Notes under the pieces: model-generated
What the model saw: the letters and a program-made list of their open reading frames with translations, nothing else
Databases searched by the model: none
What the model was told of the DNA's origin: nothing
Shown: piece after piece, positions 50,429 to 59,112 of the stretch
How the letters are laid out: each line of letters begins with the position of its first letter
How positions within the stretch are numbered: the stretch's first letter is position 1
Made by a program: the position numbers and the translations under genes
Virus record (IMG/VR): IMGVR_UViG_3300033149_003588
Span: 74,460 to 138,459 of that record
Length of the DNA stretch: 64,000 nt
Strand: one strand, 5' to 3'
From: a virus

Positions 50429-50896
50429 CTATCGTTGAGTTTCGTTTAATTTTTTCCGGTCATAAAAAAGCTCTCGCCGTTCCACTGCTCGGTCAAATTC
50501 ATATAGGCAATTAGCGAGATATTTGGCGAGAACGAAATCCGGTGTATCGCTACCGTTTCCTTTAGAGTATTTATTTATTAGGATAGCGAGTTCTTCTACA
50601 AACGGGTCGGCATCTTTTAATTCATCGTATATCTCCATCATTTCCTTTTTATCTTTGCTCATTTTTTCTCTCTCTGGATATACCTCCAAATATATCTTGT
50701 CGGCTAAGTCTAATAACTCAGACATTTTCTCTGATAGATGCGTTATTCGCCTTATTCTGACACCCGGATACAATCCATCAACTTCGATGTAGGGTATTTT
50801 TGCACGAGGCGACCATCCGCGCTTTATATCGAGTTCTTCAGTCAACCGTTCGGCTAATTCCTCGTCCCTGTCTCCTGGGGGGTAACCGTAGTTCAT
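50429..50896 (-). CDS. Hypothetical protein
   Basis: 155 aa; C-terminal INKYS.GNGSDTPDFVLA.YL segment. Confidence 0.65.
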   Translation of the reverse strand: MNYGYPPGDRDEELAERLTEELDIKRGWSPRAKIPYIEVDGLYPGVRIRRITHLSEKMSELLDLADKIYLEVYPEREKMSKDKKEMMEIYDELKDADPFVEELAILINKYSKGNGSDTPDFVLAKYLANCLYEFDRAVERRELFYDRKKLNETQR

Positions 50897-51108
50897 TTTT
50901 CCTCCTTTGGTTTTGTATCTTGTTCTTGTTGTACTACTATTGTCTGGCCACGTAAGTGCACTGGATTACCACGGCAATCAAGGCCATTATGGGTATATAC
51001 ACAAGACTCACAATCACGTTTATTGCGCGAGAGTGCATACATACAATATTCGTCATCCTCCCATTGGGGCATTGTAGATAACTGTTCTATTTTCATTTTA
51101 TTACTCAC
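50893..51108 (-). CDS. Small Cys-rich protein (RDCESC family, copy 1)
   Basis: YC...RDCESC...GLDC..NP; paralog of 56092-56250. Confidence 0.65.
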   Translation of the reverse strand: MSNKMKIEQLSTMPQWEDDEYCMYALSRNKRDCESCVYTHNGLDCRGNPVHLRGQTIVVQQEQDTKPKEEK

Positions 51109-51352
51109 TCTCCTTTGCTCTTTTCATCTCCCCCCCCTGGTCTTGGCACTTTCATCCCTCTTTCAAGTGCTAACTTTATCCAATCCTCTCTGACAAGTGC
51201 AAGATTTGCCTTCCAACTCGCCCATATAGCGCTTTAACTACGTCGGGTATCTGCATATAACGACAATTATGGATTTGGGCAACAAATTTTAGGTGATTTG
51301 CGAATTGCACTTCTGAAGAATAAGACAATATACTTTTATATGTTTTTGACAT
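51105..51352 (-). pseudogene. Small gene interrupted by a frameshift
   Basis: Removing 2 nt at GCGC (51229-51232) joins MSKTYK..IPDVVK to AIWASWKANLALVREDWIKLALERG. The TGA of that frame overlaps the next gene's GTG start (GTGA). Confidence 0.45.
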
Positions 51353-51372
51353 TTTAGTTCCGCCCTTTCCAA

Positions 51373-51936
51373 TTATGATTTTATCCATCCCTGAAAATAG
51401 TGTAAAGGTATTTCTTTAGCTTCGTCCCACTCATTTAATTCTGTAATTTCTTCTACGAAATTATAGAATTTTTCGATAATCATGCTCTTATTATCCGACG
51501 TCTGAAATCTGCCTATTTTGCAATCAGAGCAATCGCAATCATACCAAAAGAAATAATATATATCTTTTTTCCCCGTTTCTGCAAGAATTACTATATCATC
51601 GCCGAATGCCGTATTTAATCGAGAATGGTGAACCGCCCCTTTCTTGACCAATTTATTATAGGCCGCCCGCTTAGTTTTCGAATGCGATGTGCGCCACTGG
51701 CCTTTTTTATCGATTGTATAGATTTCATACTTAACGAAATCATCGTCCCATTTCATATATCGCCCCAAAACAAAGGCCTTTATGATTTCGACATAGTTAA
51801 TAAAACCGTTCAGAAAAGCCGAACTAACATACGCATATAGCGTATTTATCGGCAATGGATTACTCGCTATGTCGTCTGGATACTCGATAAGATCCTCGAA
51901 ATAATCTATAAAAAAAGTGGCTTTATTGCTCATCAT
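51373..51936 (-). CDS. Hypothetical protein
   Basis: 187 aa with RBS. Confidence 0.65.
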   Translation of the reverse strand: MMSNKATFFIDYFEDLIEYPDDIASNPLPINTLYAYVSSAFLNGFINYVEIIKAFVLGRYMKWDDDFVKYEIYTIDKKGQWRTSHSKTKRAAYNKLVKKGAVHHSRLNTAFGDDIVILAETGKKDIYYFFWYDCDCSDCKIGRFQTSDNKSMIIEKFYNFVEEITELNEWDEAKEIPLHYFQGWIKS

Positions 51937-51958
51937 TTGCTCCTTTCTGTTGTTTATT

Positions 51959-52258
51959 TCATCCTATTCTGGTGATCTTATCGGCATCAATAAAATAAAG
52001 TATTTCTCTCCTTTTTTGCGATATTGGTGCAATAATTATTGCATTTGGTGCATATTTCATACAATCTCCTATAAGTATTTCCACCTTGTCTGTTTTGATA
52101 TGTTTGAGTATTTCAGCCAAGTATTTGTGATTAAATCCTATAATCATCGGTTTTTCATCATAATCTATATATATTTTCGATTTGGCTTCGCCCTTTTCGC
52201 TTTCCGTCGAGAGTTCTAAAATCCCACCTGCTATATTCTCTAACCTTTTGGTTTTTCT
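51959..52258 (-). pseudogene. 5'-truncated fragment resembling the C-terminal domain of a beta sliding clamp (dnaN)
   Basis: Open frame ILELSTESEKGEAKSKIYIDYDEKPMIIGFNHKYLAEILKHIKTDKVEIL matches the clamp IGFN..YL.D/E.L pattern. An in-frame stop lies immediately upstream. Confidence 0.6.
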
Positions 52259-52395
52259 TTAGATTTTATTTGTTTCATCGTTTTTTCTAACTCATCTATT
52301 CTACATTCGTTTTTTATTGTTCGTATTGATGCAACAATACCCATCATAACGCCGTAAATTACTATCATTGTAACAAGAAATTCCAAGAAGTTCAT
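52240..52395 (-). CDS. Small single-TM protein
   Basis: MNFLEFLVTMIVIYGVMMGIVASI; start taken at the ATGA overlap. Confidence 0.6.
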   Translation of the reverse strand: MNFLEFLVTMIVIYGVMMGIVASIRTIKNECRIDELEKTMKQIKSKEKPKG

Positions 52396-52415
52396 TTCTT
52401 CAGGCCTCCTTAAAA

Positions 52416-53015
52416 TTATTGAGCTTTTATGATGCGATACGACGGAATACCTGCCTCGCCGTGTGCTAACATATATGTCCCAGACTCTTGTTCGTCTATC
52501 CATTTTCGCGCAGCTTTTGCGTTAGGCCACTCCCGTATTGGTGCATCGATATCGTCGTCATCACGTATGATGGTATATGTATCGCAACCATAATAATTAC
52601 CGATACGCAAGACATTAACCGTATCATCATAATCATCAGGGACTATGGCTGCATCAAGCACATCATCATAGCCCCAAGCTAACATCCATTCGAGGTCTGT
52701 CTCCTCGTGTTCCCAATCCTCGATAATATCACGGATTATCTCTTCAGGAGTTTGGTTAGAGTGCTCTAATACCACAAGTTCGGGGTCATATTGGTCATCG
52801 ACCCAGATAAGACGATGTCCGCCCAGCTCGTATATGGCGACAACATAATCATTGCCCTTTATGTTGTCCCAGCTTGCGCGCCTCTCTGCAATTAGCTTTC
52901 CCTCTGACAATACAATGTCAACAATGTCAACATAGTCATCGATGTCAGGGTCGTAATCGGGGAACGTAAGCTTTACCAATTCCTCGATTGTGTCGATTTC
53001 ATTTCTGTTATTCAT
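52416..53015 (-). CDS. Acidic hypothetical protein
   Basis: 199 aa, GGAGG RBS. Confidence 0.7.
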   Translation of the reverse strand: MNNRNEIDTIEELVKLTFPDYDPDIDDYVDIVDIVLSEGKLIAERRASWDNIKGNDYVVAIYELGGHRLIWVDDQYDPELVVLEHSNQTPEEIIRDIIEDWEHEETDLEWMLAWGYDDVLDAAIVPDDYDDTVNVLRIGNYYGCDTYTIIRDDDDIDAPIREWPNAKAARKWIDEQESGTYMLAHGEAGIPSYRIIKAQ

Positions 53016-53037
53016 TTTGCCTCCTTTTTCCCGAAAG

Positions 53038-53262
53038 TCAACTACTTTTTTGTAAAGGTCCCTTTGCTTTTATTCTCAATTCTGTATAGGCTTCTGTGAC
53101 TTCTGTCGTCCATTCAATTATCTCTTTAATTTTAGCTAATCTTTCTTCCATCCTCCTCGCCACATCCAACATTTCTGTCACTGACCTAATAACTTTGCCG
53201 CTCAACGCATCTAATTGTTCCTCAAATTTCCCCACTCCCAGCTTGTCCACTTTGACACTCAT
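53038..53262 (-). CDS. Small coiled-coil protein
   Basis: GGAGG RBS, helical. Confidence 0.65.
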   Translation of the reverse strand: MSVKVDKLGVGKFEEQLDALSGKVIRSVTEMLDVARRMEERLAKIKEIIEWTTEVTEAYTELRIKAKGPLQKSS

Positions 53263-53271
53263 TTTGCCTCC

Positions 53272-53631
53272 TTAAAAATTCGTTTTTTCCCACCTATTAT
53301 CTTTCTTACAGTCGGTATTATAATAACAAACATCCCCAATATAAAACTCAAGAAATCCATCCCCATCCCAATAGCAGAATACTTTAATTTCCTCCCCTAA
53401 AACTATGCCAGCCGGAATTTTCCAAGCACCAATTCCAGCTCTACACTTCTCATCGCCACCATAACAATCCTCCACGATAATATCTACATAATCATCATCT
53501 TTTATCTCTTCGGCCTCCTTAATCGGTTCGAAGGAACTATAACAACCGAAACCTTCTGGAAATATCTTCTCTCTTAAAAATTCCCCAACAATATTCGGAT
53601 TGGTATTTTCGAAATCTTTGATTGAAACCAT
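53272..53631 (-). CDS. Hypothetical protein
   Basis: Start at MVSIKD after GGAGG. Confidence 0.65.
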   Translation of the reverse strand: MVSIKDFENTNPNIVGEFLREKIFPEGFGCYSSFEPIKEAEEIKDDDYVDIIVEDCYGGDEKCRAGIGAWKIPAGIVLGEEIKVFCYWDGDGFLEFYIGDVCYYNTDCKKDNRWEKTNF

Positions 53632-53632
53632 T

Positions 53633-53875
53633 TTATTTAGCCCTCCTAGCAATTGTTACTGAATCTGGATATGGCATATACTCGCTAAACACTGTGTCAT
53701 CATTACTCAAAACCAAGTAAGCAATCGAGTCCTGCAATAATAATATTCCCGTCTGAAGAGTATACGTTTTTGCCTTATTAAAAGTAATCTCCTCCGAGGG
53801 ACTCATAATCACTGCTACTATCAGAAATACAATTGATAGTGTAAACAATACAACACACATAACCTCGGTTTTCAT
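53633..53875 (-). CDS. Single-TM protein, family X copy 1
   Basis: TM, then TLQTGILLLQDS..LVLSNDDTVF..YMPYPDS. Confidence 0.65.
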   Translation of the reverse strand: MKTEVMCVVLFTLSIVFLIVAVIMSPSEEITFNKAKTYTLQTGILLLQDSIAYLVLSNDDTVFSEYMPYPDSVTIARRAK

Positions 53876-53912
53876 TTTATTGCCTCCCTTGATTTGTCAT
53901 CTACTTTTGATT

Positions 53913-54266
53913 TTATTTTGCCTCATTTCTTCTAACGTATTCTATATCTGTTTCGTTTATTTTATCCATACACCATGTCGCATCGCTGATATGTTCTATT
54001 GGGTCTCCATCATTATCGAGAGTCTGCAGATATATTTTATCTGGTACATCCAATTCATTATCTTGTATTCTTAATTTGCTCTCGCCAATATGTTTAATCG
54101 CTGAATATCGGTTGTCTGCGAATATCCAACCGAGAGGGTTGGACAGAAAACTCTGGATAATTATTTCCCTGGAGATGTCTGCATAATCTGCGATGACCTC
54201 ATCATCGTAAATTTCTATGATAATTTTAATGCAACTCATCTTTATTCTCCTTTCAGATATTATCAT
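53913..54266 (-). CDS. Hypothetical protein
   Basis: ORF track; true start may be MSCIKII. Confidence 0.6.
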   Translation of the reverse strand: MIISERRIKMSCIKIIIEIYDDEVIADYADISREIIIQSFLSNPLGWIFADNRYSAIKHIGESKLRIQDNELDVPDKIYLQTLDNDGDPIEHISDATWCMDKINETDIEYVRRNEAK

Positions 54267-54541
54267 CTGGTATAGTATGCAATCTCTGCGCGTCCCTGCT
54301 CAATCCACCTCTTCAGATTTCTAATTATGTCGTTTGCTAGGTGATCTATAGTACCCGGCCAACATGCTTTATACTGTTCTGCCAATTCTTTGTCACGAAT
54401 GATTATTGTGACACGAACTTCGTGTAGCACTCCATCTCCTTCCCAAATCATACCTGGCATTCCGCACTCAGAAGGAGCTTCGTAAGAATTCGAATCATCA
54501 ACTACGCTAACTTCGTTCTCGCTTTTACTCTTGTCATTCAT
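54263..54541 (-). CDS. Hypothetical protein
   Basis: ATGA-coupled ORF. Confidence 0.6.
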   Translation of the reverse strand: MNDKSKSENEVSVVDDSNSYEAPSECGMPGMIWEGDGVLHEVRVTIIIRDKELAEQYKACWPGTIDHLANDIIRNLKRWIEQGRAEIAYYTR

Positions 54542-54843
54542 TTTGCCTCCAATTCTCTAATTGCATCGGCAACTGTCCAGCCATCGTTATCCGCTAACGC
54601 AAGTATATCGGGGTCGTTAGTTCTCCAACCATCTAAAACCTGCAAATGAGCGACTCGTGTGCCGTCTCGGTCTGCAAGTGCAAGGACTTTCTTATCTTCG
54701 GTTACCCAATTAAAACAGGTTTGATAATGAGCAACTGAAAAACCACAATCATCTGCCAATGAGAGAGTTTCGTAGTCCTCAAATAATTCGCCAGCCCTAA
54801 CTCTTTTTACTGCTTCCCAGTAGGTTTTCGGTTTGCTATTCAT
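54538..54843 (-). CDS. Hypothetical protein with short repeats (LA..D.G..VAH)
   Basis: Three LAD/R..G.(S/T).VA units. Confidence 0.6.
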   Translation of the reverse strand: MNSKPKTYWEAVKRVRAGELFEDYETLSLADDCGFSVAHYQTCFNWVTEDKKVLALADRDGTRVAHLQVLDGWRTNDPDILALADNDGWTVADAIRELEAK

Positions 54844-55043
54844 TTATGTCCACCATTTTTGTCTCGCAATAGCGATATTTCCGTTTGGAGAGTATCTATA
54901 TATGCCTTGTTATGGATATTCTCATGTCGGCACGTCTCAAGCAAAAATCCCATCAATAATATTATTATCGTAAGTATAGATGTATATATAAGATATGCTA
55001 TCGCATCTTTTTCACGTGTTGTCATTTTATTAATCTCTCCCAT
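54840..55043 (-). CDS. Single-TM protein, family X copy 2
   Basis: TM, then CRHENIHNKAYIDTLQTEISLL. Confidence 0.65.
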   Translation of the reverse strand: MGEINKMTTREKDAIAYLIYTSILTIIILLMGFLLETCRHENIHNKAYIDTLQTEISLLRDKNGGHK

Positions 55044-55516
55044 TCTTTTTTGTATTTTACTATTTTCTTTACATATTCGACTGTATCACGATAACGTATA
55101 TGTTTTTCAAGCTCTACGTATGTTGTGACTTCGTTTTCCTCGATTATTTTCTTTATCTGCGATATGCCGCAGTTGTATGCTGCGAACATTGCCAATAATC
55201 GGTCTTGACCGTCAAGATATTCTGCTAATCTATCATAGCAATAAAATCTATCATACCAAATACCAGCTTCAATATTGCTTTTACCATCAAGTATGCTTTT
55301 TGACAAATGTGGTAAATATGACTTTATTTTATACCAGGTATGTAACATCAATTGCATCATTCCGTAAAAGCCCGCGCGAGAAACTAATTTCGGGTCAAGA
55401 TTGCTTTCCACCTTCGCCTGTGCGACAAACCATAGATAAAAATTGGCATCTTTTTCGACCTCTTCAGGCCAATATTTTTTAGTCGCGTTGATAAAATGCT
55501 TTTTATAGGGTATCAC
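55022..55516 (-). CDS. Lytic transglycosylase (SLT domain)
   Basis: AQAKVES (catalytic Glu), GMMQLM, AAYNCG, DTVEYVKKI. Confidence 0.85.
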   Translation of the reverse strand: MIPYKKHFINATKKYWPEEVEKDANFYLWFVAQAKVESNLDPKLVSRAGFYGMMQLMLHTWYKIKSYLPHLSKSILDGKSNIEAGIWYDRFYCYDRLAEYLDGQDRLLAMFAAYNCGISQIKKIIEENEVTTYVELEKHIRYRDTVEYVKKIVKYKKEWERLIK

Positions 55517-55631
55517 TTCTTATATCCTTCCCACTTTCATTTTTTACTTTACCGTATTTATCATATATTACAAGGTCTTCTGGCTTTGGCGACCGACCAA
55601 ATCTCCACAACTTATATTTTTGGTTTAGATT

Positions 55632-55808
55632 TCATTTTCTCTCTAATCTATTATATGTCCATTTTTCTTTTGGGAGAACCGCTCTCATAAATCCCTTCGG
55701 GCGATATTTCTTTAATACTTCTAACAATCTAAATAAATCAAATTCTTCCCCTGCTTTCAGGCCAGAACCCCCCCCTGCTTTTTCATAGATTTTCAATTTA
55801 CCTTCCAT
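55632..55808 (-). CDS. Small hypothetical protein (58 aa)
   Basis: Manual: MEGKLKIYEKAGGGSGLKAGEEFDLFRLLEVLKKYRPKGFMRAVL...; GAGG RBS. Confidence 0.5.
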   Translation of the reverse strand: MEGKLKIYEKAGGGSGLKAGEEFDLFRLLEVLKKYRPKGFMRAVLPKEKWTYNRLERK

Positions 55809-55816
55809 TTTTACCT

Positions 55817-56077
55817 CTATTTCTTTTTATATTTTGCCTTCTTCATATAATCGAAGATTGTATTACCATTACTTGATATTAAATGAGTACCTTCAATATT
55901 TACAGGCAAATACAATAGCGAATATTGCAATAACGATATTTCCGTTTGGAGAGTATCTATATATGCCTTGTTATGGGTATTCTCACGTCGACACGCCTCA
56001 TGTAAAAAACCCATAGACACTGCTGTTATTACGAATATAAACGCACATATAAGCTGTATTATATCGCGTGTTGTCAC
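55817..56077 (-). CDS. Single-TM protein, family X copy 3
   Basis: TM, then CRRENTHNKAYIDTLQTEISLLQ. Confidence 0.65.
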   Translation of the reverse strand: MTTRDIIQLICAFIFVITAVSMGFLHEACRRENTHNKAYIDTLQTEISLLQYSLLYLPVNIEGTHLISSNGNTIFDYMKKAKYKKK

Positions 56078-56091
56078 CGTGCCTCCCCGGA

Positions 56092-56250
56092 TTATTGAGT
56101 TTTTACAACGTGGTCACACCTGTGTATCGGATTATTGTGACAATCAAGGCCATAATTGGCCAATACACAAGATTCACAGTCACGCTCATCTGGTAAAAGA
56201 CCATATGTACAATAGAAGACACTATCCCAATCAGGTATTCCTGTCTCCAT
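56092..56250 (-). CDS. Small Cys-rich protein (RDCESC family, copy 2; 52 aa)
   Basis: Manual: METGIPDWDSVFYCTYGLLPDERDCESCVLANYGLDCHNNPIHRCDHVVKTQ; GGAAGGAG RBS. Confidence 0.7.
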   Translation of the reverse strand: METGIPDWDSVFYCTYGLLPDERDCESCVLANYGLDCHNNPIHRCDHVVKTQ

Positions 56251-56281
56251 TCTATTCTCTCCTTCCTTTGCTTTATATATT

Positions 56282-56707
56282 TTATTCCCCGTGTTCTAGG
56301 GTCACCAATTTCATAATATCAGTACTAACAAAGTCTTCCATAGACCCATGGAACGTTATATTGTCATTATCCTCTATCGTAACTGTTTGATTTTTGACAT
56401 CAACTGTTATAAGCCGCCATATGTCACCATGCCTATGGGTATCGATACCATATCCCGTTTCACTGGTGACATCGTCTCCTTTCATATGATCAAAGATTAT
56501 CCTGGCCAAATATCCACTATCATCCCACCTCTGGCGTCTGGATAGGGCATCATAAACATCTTTAACTAAACCAGTTGCCCCCCAGTGTGTGTATAAATAT
56601 ATACTATCGCCGTCATACTCGTCTCTAATACGTACCTGTGCTCTGTCTCCCATAGTTTCTGCTATCCTCCTTTTGTGTGTTGCTATTCTATGTATAATAT
56701 GCATCAT
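56282..56707 (-). CDS. Conserved-looking phage hypothetical protein
   Basis: MGDRAQV..IYLYTHWG..RWDDSGYLARIIF; true start probably MGDR. Confidence 0.7.
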   Translation of the reverse strand: MMHIIHRIATHKRRIAETMGDRAQVRIRDEYDGDSIYLYTHWGATGLVKDVYDALSRRQRWDDSGYLARIIFDHMKGDDVTSETGYGIDTHRHGDIWRLITVDVKNQTVTIEDNDNITFHGSMEDFVSTDIMKLVTLEHGE

Positions 56708-57080
56708 ATATATTCGCTTTCGTCACGATATGACTGGCCATAATGGCAGCATAATGGTCATCACCACCATAGAAAATCTTATTACTATAAAATATAATAC
56801 CAAATGCAACCCATATTTTGGCATATAATATAGCAACATTCCTGTCGCAATAAGCCAAACACGCTCGATGCGTTTTGAATATATCCTCTATTCCTTCCAC
56901 TTCCATATATTCTACTACATGATCACGATTATAACCATCAACTAAATGTTTTCTAATTAGAGCCGTGCGTTTAGATGTCTGACTTCGTATATATAGTTCT
57001 TTGTATGATGTATTCAAATTTGTTGCACTAGCCTCGATAATTATATTCTTATCCCATTCTTCCATATCTATATGTGACAA
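56688..57080 (-). CDS. Hypothetical protein
   Basis: 130 aa ORF track. Confidence 0.45.
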   Translation of the reverse strand: MSHIDMEEWDKNIIIEASATNLNTSYKELYIRSQTSKRTALIRKHLVDGYNRDHVVEYMEVEGIEDIFKTHRACLAYCDRNVAILYAKIWVAFGIIFYSNKIFYGGDDHYAAIMASHIVTKANIYDAYYT

Positions 57081-57703
57081 TCGACGATGGTTATTAAGGT
57101 ATCAGGATTTAAATCCTTAAGGAATGTATCCCAATACTCATTACTCCAGTTAGGATTATTGTTGATGCTCACACCCCAGCCCAGCATCTCTCCTTTGGAG
57201 TGCCACTCCCCATCCTCTGTGATCACAGCATAAGTACTAAATGGATCTGGCTCTCTGTTCATTGCTGCCCAGTCTATATCGCCAAATCTGGCCTGGTCCA
57301 CACCACCTATATAGTGTGGTGTATCATTATATATATCTGGTTGGCCACACTCCCCAGTAGCACCATCCTTAAGTTTAAGTAATCCCAACCATCTACCTCC
57401 AATAAGATAAAAATCCCATTGGGCATTGGGATTGTGATAAAAACCATACCCTCCGTATTCCTCGCTATATATATAATTATAGTAATGTCTCACCCATTCC
57501 TCTGGTGTTTTATTGCGATCCTCGGCAGGACATTTTTGCATATATATATCATATGCTTCCTCCCGAGAAAACACTAATTCAAATTCTAACCTTGCGTCTA
57601 TGTCTTCTCCCTTATATGAGTCTTCATATAGATATAGCTCTCTATAAGGTGCAAGCTTTTCTTCGATGTTGTCACCAATCACTAATGCCGAGAAATGACT
57701 CAT
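57068..57703 (-). CDS. Conserved-looking phage hypothetical protein
   Basis: MSHFSALVIG..NPNAQWDFYLIGGRW..TLITIVDCHI. Confidence 0.75.
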   Translation of the reverse strand: MSHFSALVIGDNIEEKLAPYRELYLYEDSYKGEDIDARLEFELVFSREEAYDIYMQKCPAEDRNKTPEEWVRHYYNYIYSEEYGGYGFYHNPNAQWDFYLIGGRWLGLLKLKDGATGECGQPDIYNDTPHYIGGVDQARFGDIDWAAMNREPDPFSTYAVITEDGEWHSKGEMLGWGVSINNNPNWSNEYWDTFLKDLNPDTLITIVDCHI

Positions 57704-58077
57704 AGCTTCGCCTCACTTTTATTTTGTTTTTCAAATGCAGCCTCTATCATGTGTATTGCTTCAGCATGGGCTATATTGCCACCAGTCAACGACTCAATAA
57801 GCTTAAGTAATTTATCTCCATGCATTTTTATTTCTATATCACCATTATTTATAATGATGTGGTTTACCTCGACCCATTCGCTAGCAATATCCAGACTAGC
57901 CCACGCTACATCGACACCCTCGGCTGGACCAGAATATACGTGATCTTGCCATACAGGAACACTATAATAGATATTCGCACTGTAACCCTGTTTAACTAGT
58001 ATATCTACAGTATCGAATACTCTATCTATGTGTGTGCCATTCGTTTCATCTAACATTGGGCTAACCTCCTTGCCCAC
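57700..58077 (-). CDS. Hypothetical protein
   Basis: 125 aa, ATGA-coupled. Confidence 0.6.
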   Translation of the reverse strand: MGKEVSPMLDETNGTHIDRVFDTVDILVKQGYSANIYYSVPVWQDHVYSGPAEGVDVAWASLDIASEWVEVNHIIINNGDIEIKMHGDKLLKLIESLTGGNIAHAEAIHMIEAAFEKQNKSEAKL

Positions 58078-58188
58078 TTATTACTTTATACTGCTTTTCT
58101 AATCTAGAAGCCGTTACTTTGTGAGTATAAGAGCGCCTTACCATCCCACGTAACACAAAGTATATTAAAATATATATAATATGTTGTT

Positions 58189-58497
58189 TCATGGATTTTT
58201 AATAATTATTATCGAATCTGGATATGGTATATATCCACTAAATACTGTATCACCATTGCTTAAAACTAAATGGGCACCCGTAATAATTATATCTGGATCG
58301 AACAATAATGATGATATCGAATCCTGTAATAATAATATCTCGACCCGAAGAGAGTCTATGTATGCCCTATCATGGACAACCTCATGGTGACATATATCAC
58401 ATTGATAGCCAAGAATTATCACCGCTCCCAAAGATACGAATATAAGAGCTAAATAAAAGTAGCGTAAAAACCTACTGTCATCGTTTTCCCCATTCAT
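58189..58497 (-). CDS. Single-TM protein, family X copy 4
   Basis: AGGAGG RBS before ATG 58497; AYIDSLRVEILLLQDS..LVLSNGDTVF..YIPYPDS. Confidence 0.65.
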   Translation of the reverse strand: MNGENDDSRFLRYFYLALIFVSLGAVIILGYQCDICHHEVVHDRAYIDSLRVEILLLQDSISSLLFDPDIIITGAHLVLSNGDTVFSGYIPYPDSIIIIKNP

Positions 58498-58533
58498 TAT
58501 ATTCCTCCTTAGATCTTGTATCCACAAAAATAA

Positions 58534-58561
58534 GAGATATATGACAAATTGAACATCAAGC
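58534..58561 (-). promoter_or_regulatory. Repeated promoter-like motif, degenerate copy D
   Basis: GCTTGATGTTCAATTTGTCATATATCTC, followed by a GATCTAAGGAGGAA leader identical to that of copy C. Confidence 0.4.
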
Positions 58562-58593
58562 CACTTATATTTAAATGAGTATTTCTTATCGCA

Positions 58594-58995
58594 TCAAACA
58601 CTATATCTAGATTCTACTAATTGTTTAACAAATTGCTTCACATCGTCTATCTGGTTATTATTGAACCATTTGATAATATTATCAAGTTCTACAGACCCAA
58701 TGATGACTGGATCAAATGAAGCATCTATATATATATCGATTTCAGTAAGATTTATCCTTCTTGTGCATTTTGCTGCATTGGTAATGGATAATTGGTCAAC
58801 CAGATCATTTTTGAGTTGTAGCAAATAATTATCCAGAAGGTCTTGCGATATTCCATCCCTACCTACAAGTAATGAAATGTCGACATCTGTGGTACCTTTT
58901 GCCCAAGCCCTTACCTTTATATAGGCAGGGAAGCATAACTCTATACAGTCGACTAAATTTATGGCATCACTTATATCGACTATCATGGTATCCAT
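58594..58995 (-). CDS. Hypothetical protein, family Y
   Basis: Helix-(AW)-strand pattern shared with 59113, 60458 and 61469. Confidence 0.6.
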   Translation of the reverse strand: MDTMIVDISDAINLVDCIELCFPAYIKVRAWAKGTTDVDISLLVGRDGISQDLLDNYLLQLKNDLVDQLSITNAAKCTRRINLTEIDIYIDASFDPVIIGSVELDNIIKWFNNNQIDDVKQFVKQLVESRYSV

Positions 58996-59112
58996 ATTCC
59001 TGTGTTATGATAGGTCAACCTATCTTGGTTAAAGATCGATATATAAATAACGATTTCTTTCTCATCGTGCGATCAGAGCAAGGTATGAACCGATCTCAAT
59101 AACTAATCGACC

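Noticed and set aside
55632-55634. TGA stop-codon reassignment
   Set aside because: All long genes translate cleanly in code 11, with TGA used as a coupled stop (ATGA overlaps).
4720-55775. C8 homopolymers (4720-4727, 51130-51137, 55768-55775) as phase-variation switches
   Set aside because: One lies in frame inside essential terL encoding Gly codons, and there is no evidence of length variation from a single sequence.
58115-58162. 9-bp inverted repeat TACTTTGTG/CACAAAGTA
   Set aside because: AT-rich with a 30-nt loop; likely by chance in a sequence of this composition.
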